DNA of 64,000 nt from Lachnospiraceae bacterium (GTDB lineage: Bacteria; Bacillota; Clostridia; Lachnospirales; Lachnospiraceae). The notes beneath the pieces are model-generated. The model ran no database searches. It was not told the DNA's origin and saw nothing but the letters and a program-made list of their open reading frames with translations. The number at the start of each line of letters is the position of its first letter. Within the stretch, counting starts at the first letter, position 1. Below, piece after piece: positions 9,690 through 19,032 of the stretch. The stretch is taken from positions 20,793 to 84,792 of the forward strand of contig JAFLTE010000011.1 in the NCBI GenBank assembly GCA_022510565.1. Reading direction: 5' to 3'. Both the position numbers and the translations under genes were made by a program.

Positions 9690-11312
9690 GTGAAAAGAGT
9701 AAAGGAAAGCATTCGAAAAAGTACAGGATTAGTAATGATTGGTGCCATTGTCGGCATAATCGCAGGCGTTCTGATGGCCTCAAACACAGTACAGGATACG
9801 CCGCAGGAGTCAGACAATCAAGAGGCTGTTGCAAGTGCGGATGTCATAAATCCGGAGAAAAACGGTGGAGATAAAGAGATAGAGGCAACAGAAAAGGAAG
9901 AGAAAGAACCTGAAGCGTCACAATCAAAAGTGCTGGAGGTTGAAGTAGTAGATTATCCGTTCTCCTACGGTATGAAAGACTGGCGCTTGGTTCTATGTGA
10001 ACAGGAAATGAATGACAAAGAGAGCGGTTACAGGTTCAGGCTGTATGATGGGGATGGCAATCTGAAACAGGATTTTCCGTGCGATATGGGGGCGGATAGG
10101 TTTATTTTTCGTTTTGATGCATTGTACGATGATGGTATAGATTTAGCGGTATTTCCGGCGGATGCGGAGAAGAATCACACAGCCGGACTTTTGTTTGCAT
10201 GGAATTATAGGGAAAACAAATTCATAGAAGATCCTATTGATATTCCGTGGTATGAGGAGGTTAAGAACAATAACGAGGAGATAAATAATCGTAACGCTTT
10301 TCTGGTTATGGATAAACAGGATTCGATTGAGTTAGGAACAATCTACTGCATTAACAGAGAGACAGGACAGTTGATAGAACTGCGTGATTGGACGTTGACA
10401 TGCAATGAAGGCGACGATAATAAAGGACAGTTATATATATGGGATTGTCTGGAAGAGGCGGTTCTCTATGATGGGGAAGTGCGGTGGAATGATATGGGAA
10501 AACTGATAAACGATGAATATTATCAGGATATGTTCTGGACGGATTTACATCATCCATGGGATTGTTCATCTGATACGGAGATTTACGCAGCAAAGGAAAC
10601 ATACGATGAAAATGGAATAAGGGATTTTGAGCAAATGATTTACGAGAGCAGGGAAGTGTTTCTTGATGATGTTGGCTTTCGGGATGCTGAGCCATTTTAT
10701 CAATATTATGACCGCTTTGGAAATTTAGAAATGGAGCTTTATCTGGATGCAAACACGGGCATGGGCTGTGGCTTTTATTATTCCCATGGGTTTAATTATG
10801 AATTACAGAAAATAGTCTGGTGTAGCGCATTTGTTTTTGACAGAGTTTTTGAGAAAGAATGGGAAGATGACACTTTTTCTACATTGACTTGGTATGAACA
10901 GGATGCCCAATTATATACAGATAATCCTCGCCTGATTTATCAGTATACGGATGATGGAAGGCTGTCTTTCTATGAGGTGAGAGGGATTACGGAAGCGACG
11001 GAACAAAAATGGTCGGCAGGAATAGAGAGTACGGACGATCCCCTTCTTACCATAGACTGGATATATCGTAATGACGGGACCTTGTATCACAAATATTATT
11101 GCCACGACTCTACGATGTTTGCAGCTACTGGCTGTAGTCAGGATATTTATTATGATGAACTGGGTAGAGAGATTTACAGAGACGAGTACATTGTTCACGG
11201 CGCCGTTGATTGGTATTATATTTACAATGATGAAAATAGAAAGCCGGGTTATTGCCTCATACTGGACCAGAACGGGGGTTATTCGATATCTATGATGTTT
11301 GTTTATCAATAG
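9690..11312 (+). CDS. membrane-anchored/exported acidic hypothetical protein (paralog A)
   Basis: N-terminal basic then hydrophobic segment, charged linker, D/E/Y/W-rich body; collinear similarity to 12047-13564. Confidence 0.8.
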   Translation: MKRVKESIRKSTGLVMIGAIVGIIAGVLMASNTVQDTPQESDNQEAVASADVINPEKNGGDKEIEATEKEEKEPEASQSKVLEVEVVDYPFSYGMKDWRLVLCEQEMNDKESGYRFRLYDGDGNLKQDFPCDMGADRFIFRFDALYDDGIDLAVFPADAEKNHTAGLLFAWNYRENKFIEDPIDIPWYEEVKNNNEEINNRNAFLVMDKQDSIELGTIYCINRETGQLIELRDWTLTCNEGDDNKGQLYIWDCLEEAVLYDGEVRWNDMGKLINDEYYQDMFWTDLHHPWDCSSDTEIYAAKETYDENGIRDFEQMIYESREVFLDDVGFRDAEPFYQYYDRFGNLEMELYLDANTGMGCGFYYSHGFNYELQKIVWCSAFVFDRVFEKEWEDDTFSTLTWYEQDAQLYTDNPRLIYQYTDDGRLSFYEVRGITEATEQKWSAGIESTDDPLLTIDWIYRNDGTLYHKYYCHDSTMFAATGCSQDIYYDELGREIYRDEYIVHGAVDWYYIYNDENRKPGYCLILDQNGGYSISMMFVYQ

Positions 11313-11395
11313 GGTGATGATATTAATTAACAGAAACAAAGTATTATTCGAAATAGTTATATTTTAGAGTATAATAATCAGGAGGTACAAGATAC

Positions 11396-11977
11396 ATGAA
11401 AGACTGCATTTCAAGAGAACAGGCGCTGGAATTATTAAAAAAGTACAACAAAGACCCTTTTCATATTCAGCACGCTCTGACCGTGGAAGGCGTCATGAAG
11501 TGGTATGCAGAGGAGCTTGGATATGAAGAAGATGCCGAGTACTGGGGAATTGTGGGCCTTTTGCATGACATTGATTTTGAACTGTATCCGGATGCACACT
11601 GTATTAAGGCACCGGAGTTACTCCGTGAAGGCGGCGTGGGAGAGGATATGATTCATGCCGTGTGCAGCCATGGCTACGAGCTGACTGTGGATGTCAAGCC
11701 GGAGCATGAGATGGAGAAGGTGCTCTATGCCGTGGATGAGCTGACAGGACTGATCTGGGCGGCGGCACTCATCCGTCCGTCTAAAAGTGTGCAGGATATG
11801 GAGCTGAAGTCCTTGAAGAAGAAATATAAGAGCGCCGGTTTTGCCGCAGGCTGCTCCCGTGAGGTTATTGAGCGCGGCGCACAGATGATGGGCTGCGAAC
11901 TGGACGAATTACTGCAGAATACAATCTATGCAATGCGCTCCTGCGAGAGCGAAATACAGGCGTACATGGAGGCATGA
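11396..11977 (+). CDS. HD/HDIG-domain hydrolase
   Basis: H...GLLHDID...SHG...AVDELTGLI...FAAGCSRE; AGGAGG RBS. Confidence 0.9.
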   Translation: MKDCISREQALELLKKYNKDPFHIQHALTVEGVMKWYAEELGYEEDAEYWGIVGLLHDIDFELYPDAHCIKAPELLREGGVGEDMIHAVCSHGYELTVDVKPEHEMEKVLYAVDELTGLIWAAALIRPSKSVQDMELKSLKKKYKSAGFAAGCSREVIERGAQMMGCELDELLQNTIYAMRSCESEIQAYMEA

Positions 11978-12046
11978 TTGCAACCTTTTTCTTATTTGGG
12001 AGGTATTTCTGTCAGGTGTGTTCTGTTCTCAAAGGAGGAAAAGGAT

Positions 12047-13564
12047 ATGACAAAGATAAAATGTATTATAGAAGCAGCATCATTGATGATGGGCACAATT
12101 TTTTTGATGACAGGCTGCGGGACAGCAGCAGAAGCAGAAACGGATAATACGGAAAAGTCTACCACGATAGTAGAGTCGATTGTCATAGAACAAGATAAAA
12201 TAGACTACCCTTTCCCTTATGGTGTGGAGGGGTGGCGGCTTGTATTATGCACTGACAAAGCAGCGGGAGAGAAGAGTACCTTTTGTTTCAGGATTTATAA
12301 CGAAGAGAAGAATCTTGTGCAGGAATTTCCGTGTGAGATTGAGGCAGACGAACTGATTTTCCGCTTCGATAAGGAATTGTATAATCAATGGGCTTCTCTG
12401 GCGGTTTACCCGGAGGACGCGGAGACGAGTCGAGTGGATGGTCTTTTGTTTACATGGAATTATGAGGAACAAAGATTTGATGAAGACCCAATCGAGATTC
12501 CATGGTATGATGAGGTGATCGGCTATCATACTTTTTTGGTTACGGACAGGCAGGAGAATGGTGAGACCAGAGTAATCTATAGGCTTGATTCAGAAATCAG
12601 ACAGCCGATAGAACTTCGCGACTGGACATTGACTTGGGACGAAGACGGGGACAGAACAGCTAGGCTGTATATCTGGGATTGTATAGCTGAATCAGTAATC
12701 TATGACGGAGTGCTCTATGACGGTAAAGAGGCGTGGAAAGCTGTCGGCAGGTTAGCCAATGATGAGTATTATCAGGAATTGTTCCTCAAAGATTTGCAGT
12801 ATCCGGGGAGTCCTACGGTTGACGAGACAATATCCACAGCCAAATATATAACCGGCGGAGAGGATAGCTGGCATCTTGAGAATATAGATTACGAGAGCAG
12901 GGAAGCACTTCTGACCGACTGCGGTTTTCAGGACGCAGAGCCTTATTATCAATATTTTGACCGGTTCGGCAATTTGGAACTGGAACTTTATTTCGATGAG
13001 AATGCGGGTAGGGGATGCGGGTTTCGATATTCTAACGGGCTCAACTACGAATTGGAAAAAGTTATTTGGTGTATCGACGGCTTTATCTTTGAAGGGATAA
13101 GCAGCGAAGAGTGGGAGGATGATAGTTATTCTCTCCTGACATGGGGAGACAGGGAAGCACTGGAGCATGAAGATATTACACAGGTGCTTTACGAGTATAC
13201 AGACGACGAAAAGATTTCTTCTTATGAGGTAAGAGGACTTACAGAGAACACGGAAATGCAGTGGTGGGAAGGAATGGAGGTTACGGATGATTTCTTCCTT
13301 TCCATAGACTGGGTATATCGCAGCGACGGAACACTGTACCGCAGGTATTATAACCACAATTCGAGAGTGTTTGGCACTGCCGGTCAGTCGCAGTGGACCT
13401 ATTATGATGAACCGGGCAGATCGGTTTACAGGCATGAGTATATAACGCATGGCTCTCATGAATATTATTATATTTACAATGGTGATAATGAAAAACCAAG
13501 CTACTGTCTTTTGCTTGACAGGGATGGGAGTTATTCAACCCCCTCAATGATAGTTTATCGATAG
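12047..13564 (+). CDS. putative lipoprotein, acidic hypothetical protein (paralog B)
   Basis: Lipobox-like FLMTG-C after a hydrophobic stretch; AAGGAGG RBS; paralog of 9690-11312. Confidence 0.8.
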   Translation: MTKIKCIIEAASLMMGTIFLMTGCGTAAEAETDNTEKSTTIVESIVIEQDKIDYPFPYGVEGWRLVLCTDKAAGEKSTFCFRIYNEEKNLVQEFPCEIEADELIFRFDKELYNQWASLAVYPEDAETSRVDGLLFTWNYEEQRFDEDPIEIPWYDEVIGYHTFLVTDRQENGETRVIYRLDSEIRQPIELRDWTLTWDEDGDRTARLYIWDCIAESVIYDGVLYDGKEAWKAVGRLANDEYYQELFLKDLQYPGSPTVDETISTAKYITGGEDSWHLENIDYESREALLTDCGFQDAEPYYQYFDRFGNLELELYFDENAGRGCGFRYSNGLNYELEKVIWCIDGFIFEGISSEEWEDDSYSLLTWGDREALEHEDITQVLYEYTDDEKISSYEVRGLTENTEMQWWEGMEVTDDFFLSIDWVYRSDGTLYRRYYNHNSRVFGTAGQSQWTYYDEPGRSVYRHEYITHGSHEYYYIYNGDNEKPSYCLLLDRDGSYSTPSMIVYR

Positions 13565-13594
13565 GGTAAAATCCTGAAAGAGAGGAAATGTTAT

Positions 13595-14362
13595 ATGGAG
13601 CACACGAAAATTATAGCGGTTGCCGGAAAGGGCGGTGTGGGAAAGACTTCTATCGCTGCGGTTATGGTGAAAGTGTTGGCACAAAGACATCCTGATAAAA
13701 AAATTCTGGCTATCGATGCGGATCCGGCGGTGGGACTTTCCACGGCGCTGGGCATAGAAGTGACCATGACCATAGATGATATTCGTAAGAAGGTAGTTGC
13801 CTCTGTGGAAGACGGTGACACCAGAAGCGCCATGGAGCTGCTAGGGGAGGCTAAATATCATATTTTTGATGCCATGGTGGAGACGGATGGATTTTCTTTT
13901 ATTGCGGTAGGCAGACCGGAGAGTGCGGGCTGTTACTGTAAGATTAATTCCTATCTGAAGGAAGTCATAGCTCTGATGGTGGGTAATTTCGATTATATTG
14001 TGATTGACGGGGAGGCCGGAATCGAGCAGATTAACCGACGCGTTATGGAAAAGGTCACGCATTTGGTGCTGGTGACGGATGCCAGCCGCAAGGGAACTCA
14101 GGTGGTACAAACCATTAAGAAAGTGGCGGACGATTTGGTTATGTATGAAAGGGTCGGAGTCATTATGAACCGTATACCCGATGAGTCTGTCAGACAATAC
14201 ATGGATATGGGTGAACTGGAGATTCTTTCCTGCATCGGAGGAGACGGACAGTTGGCTGCTTTTGATATTACAGGGCAGAATGTTTTAAATCTGCCGGAAG
14301 AGTCGGTCATGGTACAGGGTGTCGAATCGGCGCTTGATAAATTGGAAGGAGAAACGGCTTGA
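13595..14362 (+). CDS. CooC/AcsF-family nickel-insertion ATPase
   Basis: Deviant Walker A GKGGVGKT, IDADP, GCYC (CXC Ni motif), DGEAGIEQ. Confidence 0.85.
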   Translation: MEHTKIIAVAGKGGVGKTSIAAVMVKVLAQRHPDKKILAIDADPAVGLSTALGIEVTMTIDDIRKKVVASVEDGDTRSAMELLGEAKYHIFDAMVETDGFSFIAVGRPESAGCYCKINSYLKEVIALMVGNFDYIVIDGEAGIEQINRRVMEKVTHLVLVTDASRKGTQVVQTIKKVADDLVMYERVGVIMNRIPDESVRQYMDMGELEILSCIGGDGQLAAFDITGQNVLNLPEESVMVQGVESALDKLEGETA

Positions 14363-15549
14363 AGGATTTAATACATATCTATGAACTGGAGAAACTACTG
14401 CAGGATTCCTGCAATGATGCGGTGCGTCAGGCGAAAGCGGAAGGTCAGTATGCCATCGGAAGCGTATGTGCCATGATTCCGGAACCGCTCTTAAATCTGG
14501 ACAATTGTTTCTCGGTGAGACTTAGGGCTCCCAGAACAGGCTCAATGGAGATGGGAACCTATTATATGACCAGTATCATGTGTGAGTGCGCAAGAGCACT
14601 TTTAGAGCGTGCCATCGAAGGCGGATACGGACACTTGGATTGTATCATTGCACCCGATGCCTGCGCGCAGATGAATCGCTGTGTAGAAAATATAGATAAG
14701 CTGAAACTATGTGATAATGAGCACTTTTTCGTAACATATTCGGACGTACCCATGAAGTCCGATGAGACGGCACTCAGACATTATGTGCGCCAGATGAGGC
14801 AGTATGTTTTGGAACCTTTACAGCAGCGATTGGGCATCGATGTGTCCGATGATGCATTAAAGAGGGCGGTGGATAAGCAAAACGCAGTCAACCGCCTGAT
14901 TATGGAGATTGGCGAATATCGCAAAGAGAGCAGACCGCGCATTACGGGGTATGAGTTTGCGGTATTGTGTCTGTCTACCTTTGTCTGCCCGAAGGAATAC
15001 ATCATTCCTATTTTGGAAGAGACATTAGAGGAGTTAAAAACAAGGGAGCCGGACGAAAAAAATCCTTATCGTGCCAGAGTGGTAATGGTGGGATCGGAGA
15101 TTGACGACCCTGATCTGATACGACTGACGGAGGAGGCCGGTGCTCAGGTGGTGGCGGACTGCTATTGTATGGGTTCCTTCCCGGAGAGAACGGAGATTAA
15201 GCTCACTGACAAAGAGGATATTTTGACACAGATCTGCCGCCATTACATGGAGCAGGGACAATGCCCGCGCTTTATGAATACAGAGAAGATCAAGGAGCGT
15301 CAGACTTATGTTGATGAACTGGCACGCGAATATAGCGCGGACGGAATCATCTATCAACAGATTAAATTCTGCGATTATTGGGGATACGAGCGGGCCCATG
15401 CCGGTCAGGTTATGCGTGAGCAGTACGGATATCCCGTCCTGTCGGTGGACAGACCTTATGTGGTGGGGAATTCGGGGCAGCTTCGGACCCGTGTACAGGC
15501 TTTCGTGGAAAGTATTGAGATTAAGAAGCTTAACAGAAAGGGTAAATGA
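14359..15549 (+). CDS. 2-hydroxyacyl-CoA dehydratase / benzoyl-CoA reductase family subunit
   Basis: SIMCECAR, DACAQM, VADCYC, KFCDYW and GQLRTRVQAFVE motifs. Confidence 0.85.
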   Translation: MKDLIHIYELEKLLQDSCNDAVRQAKAEGQYAIGSVCAMIPEPLLNLDNCFSVRLRAPRTGSMEMGTYYMTSIMCECARALLERAIEGGYGHLDCIIAPDACAQMNRCVENIDKLKLCDNEHFFVTYSDVPMKSDETALRHYVRQMRQYVLEPLQQRLGIDVSDDALKRAVDKQNAVNRLIMEIGEYRKESRPRITGYEFAVLCLSTFVCPKEYIIPILEETLEELKTREPDEKNPYRARVVMVGSEIDDPDLIRLTEEAGAQVVADCYCMGSFPERTEIKLTDKEDILTQICRHYMEQGQCPRFMNTEKIKERQTYVDELAREYSADGIIYQQIKFCDYWGYERAHAGQVMREQYGYPVLSVDRPYVVGNSGQLRTRVQAFVESIEIKKLNRKGK

Positions 15550-17090
15550 TTATGGGAAAAGCCATGGGCAGCGAGCCGCTTGGAAAATTGTATGGCGGCA
15601 AAAAAGCAAAGAAGCGCAGGGAATGGCGCGGATTAAAAGATACGTGGTATGATTATATTCACTGGCTGGGTATCTGGGGAACACTCATCGGATTTATGAT
15701 TCATCCCAGCAATCTGAAAGCCTTTTTCCGCTATCGCTGGATGGTCAATTATCTGGCAGTGCCCGATTTCTTTGACCGGCATACGGAAGGTATGCGCGGC
15801 ACTCAGCTTCGGGTGGCAAGAGTTGCGTTGGAACTGGTAGTCAGGGATATGTGTAAGAGTATGAGTATCATGTTCCGTGCAGATCCGGAGCTTGGAAATG
15901 ACAAGAAGTTGAATGAAAAGCTGGTAGTTTTCGACGAAAATATGATGAGCCAGATTATGAACGGCTTTCCCAACTTGAAATGGGTATCCGTAGAGGTGCC
16001 GTCCGTCTACACTTGCTCCATGATGGCGCAGGACGGCGTGCTCTATTATCTGGATGCAGCGCAGGAATACGGGATTCCGAGTGATGTATGTCCTATGCCG
16101 GCAGCGGAACTGGGTGTGGCACTGGAAGGAGATTATCCCAAGATTGGAAAGTGCGCCGTGCAGTGTAATACCACCTGCGACGGAAGCCTTATGGGCAACG
16201 GTATCATGGCCTCCCGTATGGATATTCCCACATTTCAGCTGGCGGTGCCCATCAGACATGATGAGGACAGTGTGCAACAGTATGCGGCGGAAGAAATATT
16301 GAATGCTATCGCCTTCATAGAGAAACAGACAGGGGAAACTTTCGACTGGAATGCTTTCTTTGAGACGATGAAGCGCTTTAATAAAGAAACAGAACAGCTG
16401 CTGGAGTGGTATGATATTTCCAGAACGCCTTATCCGCAGGTGACGGGCAACAGCCTTTCCCTGTACCGCTATGCGGTGTATATGGCGGCAGGAGGAAGAG
16501 TGCAGGATTTCCTCACTACGGATTATAAGCTGACCAAGCTTGCCATGAAAGGGTATGCGAAAAAGGAGTTAATGGCGAAAAAGGTACGACACCGTGCCAT
16601 CACCTGGGGTGTACAGTCGGCATATTATACGGCCTTTGGTATCTGGATGCAAAATTGTTGGGGAATCGTACCGCTTGTGGATATGCTTACCCTGTGTTCG
16701 ACGCGGATGGTTGACACGGAGGACAAGGATAAGGCGGTCTATGATCTGGCATATTTGTACGAGAAGATGATAATGCGCAGCCGTTCCAACGGAGGATATG
16801 AAGTGGGTGTGGCGGATTTGTGGCGCTTCTGCGAGAGCTTTAATGTGGATATGGTGATTATGTATGCGCATATGGGCTGCAAGTCCATGTCGGGATACCA
16901 CGGATTATTCGAGGAGGAGGCCAGAGCTCACGGCATTCATCTGGTGTGGGCGACACATGGGCTCATGGATGCACGCACTGCCTCAAGAAAGGATATGCGC
17001 ACGGAAGTAAACCGATATATGCGCACAGTGCTTCGGGAGGAACCGATAGACCCCAGTCTGGAAGAGATTGATGATGAGCTGGCATGGTAG
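15546..17090 (+). CDS. 2-hydroxyacyl-CoA dehydratase family subunit with hydrophobic N-terminal extension
   Basis: DVCP, CNTTCDGS and HMGCK Fe-S cysteines; basic N-terminus followed by WLGIWGTLIGFMI. Confidence 0.8.
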   Translation: MIMGKAMGSEPLGKLYGGKKAKKRREWRGLKDTWYDYIHWLGIWGTLIGFMIHPSNLKAFFRYRWMVNYLAVPDFFDRHTEGMRGTQLRVARVALELVVRDMCKSMSIMFRADPELGNDKKLNEKLVVFDENMMSQIMNGFPNLKWVSVEVPSVYTCSMMAQDGVLYYLDAAQEYGIPSDVCPMPAAELGVALEGDYPKIGKCAVQCNTTCDGSLMGNGIMASRMDIPTFQLAVPIRHDEDSVQQYAAEEILNAIAFIEKQTGETFDWNAFFETMKRFNKETEQLLEWYDISRTPYPQVTGNSLSLYRYAVYMAAGGRVQDFLTTDYKLTKLAMKGYAKKELMAKKVRHRAITWGVQSAYYTAFGIWMQNCWGIVPLVDMLTLCSTRMVDTEDKDKAVYDLAYLYEKMIMRSRSNGGYEVGVADLWRFCESFNVDMVIMYAHMGCKSMSGYHGLFEEEARAHGIHLVWATHGLMDARTASRKDMRTEVNRYMRTVLREEPIDPSLEEIDDELAW

Positions 17091-17101
17091 GAGGAAAGAA
17101 T

Positions 17102-17896
17102 ATGAAATATTTTGGCGGATGTGATGCCGGAAGTACATATACTAAGTGTGTGATATTGGATGAAACGGGCAAGCTTGCGGCAAGTGTCACAAACAGAAGC
17201 AGAATCAATCCTGTACTCAGCGCTCAGGAGGCTTTGGACGAGGCTGTGGCACAGGTGCCTGACTTGAAAGAGGCAGGAGAGCTTACATATCTTGTGGGAA
17301 CCGGGTACGGGCGTAATAAAGTGCCTTTTGCGGATGAGAATATTTCCGAAATCAGTTGCCATGCCATGGGCGTGCACGTGGTCAACCCCGCGGTGAGGGC
17401 AATTATTGATATCGGCGGTCAGGATGTGAAAGGTATTGCGGTGGATACGGACGGAACGGTACTTGACTTTGCCATGAATGACAAATGTGCTGCGGGAACC
17501 GGAAGATTTTTTGAGACTATGGCAAACGCATTTGAGATGTCCCTGCCCGAATTTTCCCAATTATCTTTGAAGGCAAAAAATGTGATTCCCATAACGGCAC
17601 AGTGCACAGTGTTTGCCGAGAGTGAGGTTATCTCTCTGGTGGGAGAAGGCAAACCCATGGAAGAGATTGCAGCGGGAATTGAGATGTCGGTGGCAAAAAG
17701 ATGTTTTGTCATGGCAAAGAAAGCCGGGGCGGTAGACAGTGTAGCTCTGACAGGAGGATGCGCCAAGAATGACGGTCTTAAGGATGCTATCGAGAAGGTT
17801 CTGAAGCTGAAAGTGATTGCGCTGGATATGGATCCCCAGCTTATGGGTGCATTGGGCGCCGCTGAGTATGCAAGACAGAAAGGAATGAATAGGTGA
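17102..17896 (+). CDS. acyl-CoA dehydratase activase (HgdC/HadI/FldI-type ASKHA ATPase)
   Basis: GCDAGSTYTK, TGYGR, EISCH, DIGGQD, MNDKCAAGTGRF and CTVFAESEVIS motifs. Confidence 0.93.
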   Translation: MKYFGGCDAGSTYTKCVILDETGKLAASVTNRSRINPVLSAQEALDEAVAQVPDLKEAGELTYLVGTGYGRNKVPFADENISEISCHAMGVHVVNPAVRAIIDIGGQDVKGIAVDTDGTVLDFAMNDKCAAGTGRFFETMANAFEMSLPEFSQLSLKAKNVIPITAQCTVFAESEVISLVGEGKPMEEIAAGIEMSVAKRCFVMAKKAGAVDSVALTGGCAKNDGLKDAIEKVLKLKVIALDMDPQLMGALGAAEYARQKGMNR

Positions 17897-18117
17897 TGTT
17901 AAAGGTATTGTTAATTGTATTGATTGTCTTTGCCTGTCTGTTTCTGTTAAGTCTGGTAGTATACTTTTTTAATCTGGATATGAAGCTGGCTGCGGCGATG
18001 ATTCCTGTTATGAACAAGATTTATGACAGGGGAAAAGCTAAGCGGGAGAAAAAGGCCGGAAAAATGCGCAAAGAGCCCAAGCAAACAGGACGGAATCGGT
18101 ATGAAACTATACGATGA
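17896..18117 (+). CDS. small single-pass membrane protein
   Basis: Long hydrophobic N-terminus and basic tail; overlaps both neighbours (TGATG coupling). Confidence 0.7.
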   Translation: MLKVLLIVLIVFACLFLLSLVVYFFNLDMKLAAAMIPVMNKIYDRGKAKREKKAGKMRKEPKQTGRNRYETIR

Positions 18118-18862
18118 CATGATTGCCCGGTGTTATGCCATGCTTACCCCTTTTTCGTGTAAATGCTACGAAGTCGTTGAGGAGAAAGCTTCGGAAACTG
18201 TTCTGTGGGAGCAGGAGAGTGAACAGCGCATTTTATTTAAAAAGGATACGGCATATGAGCTGGGTGGAGAAAATCTTCCTGCATACAGTGGTGTGGCATT
18301 CACATCGGATGAAACTGTGAAGGATGAGATTGTGGTATGCGGTCCCGATTTACCGCAGCTTAGTGAGGACAGTCCCTATGCAAGACTGACAATCCTACGG
18401 GTGGACGACAGTGCATGGGCTGACAACGAGCAGGCATACAGAGTGCTCCGCAGGCTGGATTACACCAGATATCATGTCTATCCCAAAGGTTTTCTGATGC
18501 GAATATCGGCTGCGGCGAACAGAGAGCCGGTGCGCGTAGGCAGGGAAGCATTACTGGCGGGGCTTAATTTTGAGCAGGTGGGCCGCTTGTTTTTGGACGC
18601 ATACCATAAGCATCCTGAAGTTCTTGGAGCGCGCGTTTATTTTATTACGGAGCCTTCTTTCCCCTATGCGGAGTTGGGAGAAGCAGTGCGCAAAATGGAA
18701 TCCGTTACAGAGTCGTTAAATGAAATTTTTAATAATCTGCTTATGGACTGCGCTGCCTGTAAATTAAAGCCGGTATGTGACGAAGTGGAAGGCTTACGGG
18801 AATTACATTTTGCAGCCGGGCGGTCAGGCAGGCAGAACACAAAAACTGGTAAAAATAGATAA
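18101..18862 (+). CDS. protein resembling the middle domain of acetyl-CoA synthase (CODH/ACS beta-like), with C-terminal CxxC-x5-C
   Basis: KKDTAYELGG...DEIVVCGPDL resembles ACS xDMYVELGG...GPDI; ends DCAACKLKPVC; far too short for a full ACS. Confidence 0.6.
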   Translation: MKLYDDMIARCYAMLTPFSCKCYEVVEEKASETVLWEQESEQRILFKKDTAYELGGENLPAYSGVAFTSDETVKDEIVVCGPDLPQLSEDSPYARLTILRVDDSAWADNEQAYRVLRRLDYTRYHVYPKGFLMRISAAANREPVRVGREALLAGLNFEQVGRLFLDAYHKHPEVLGARVYFITEPSFPYAELGEAVRKMESVTESLNEIFNNLLMDCAACKLKPVCDEVEGLRELHFAAGRSGRQNTKTGKNR

Positions 18863-18868
18863 AAAGCG

Positions 18869-18953
18869 GAAACTCTTTTTGTAAAAATAGTTTCTTGTTA
18901 TATGTACGATATGATGTTAAAATTAAGGAAACTGAAAATTAAAAACCAGTTTC
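18869..18953. promoter_or_regulatory. two operator-like palindromes GAAACT-N14-AGTTTC (probable TetR sites)
   Basis: 18869-18894 and 18928-18953 have identical arms and spacer length; the second extends to AAGGAAACTG/CAGTTTCCTT. Confidence 0.7.
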
Positions 18954-19032
18954 CTTTTCTTTCTGTGAATGAAAACGGGAAGAAGGAAATGGCTTGGGAT
19001 ATTGGGTATTTACGACCGGCTGGAGGAGGCAG

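Noticed and set aside
13595-18862. Wood-Ljungdahl/CODH operon
   Set aside because: No CooS, full-length ACS, corrinoid Fe-S protein or methyltransferase is present; only a maturation ATPase and an ACS-like fragment
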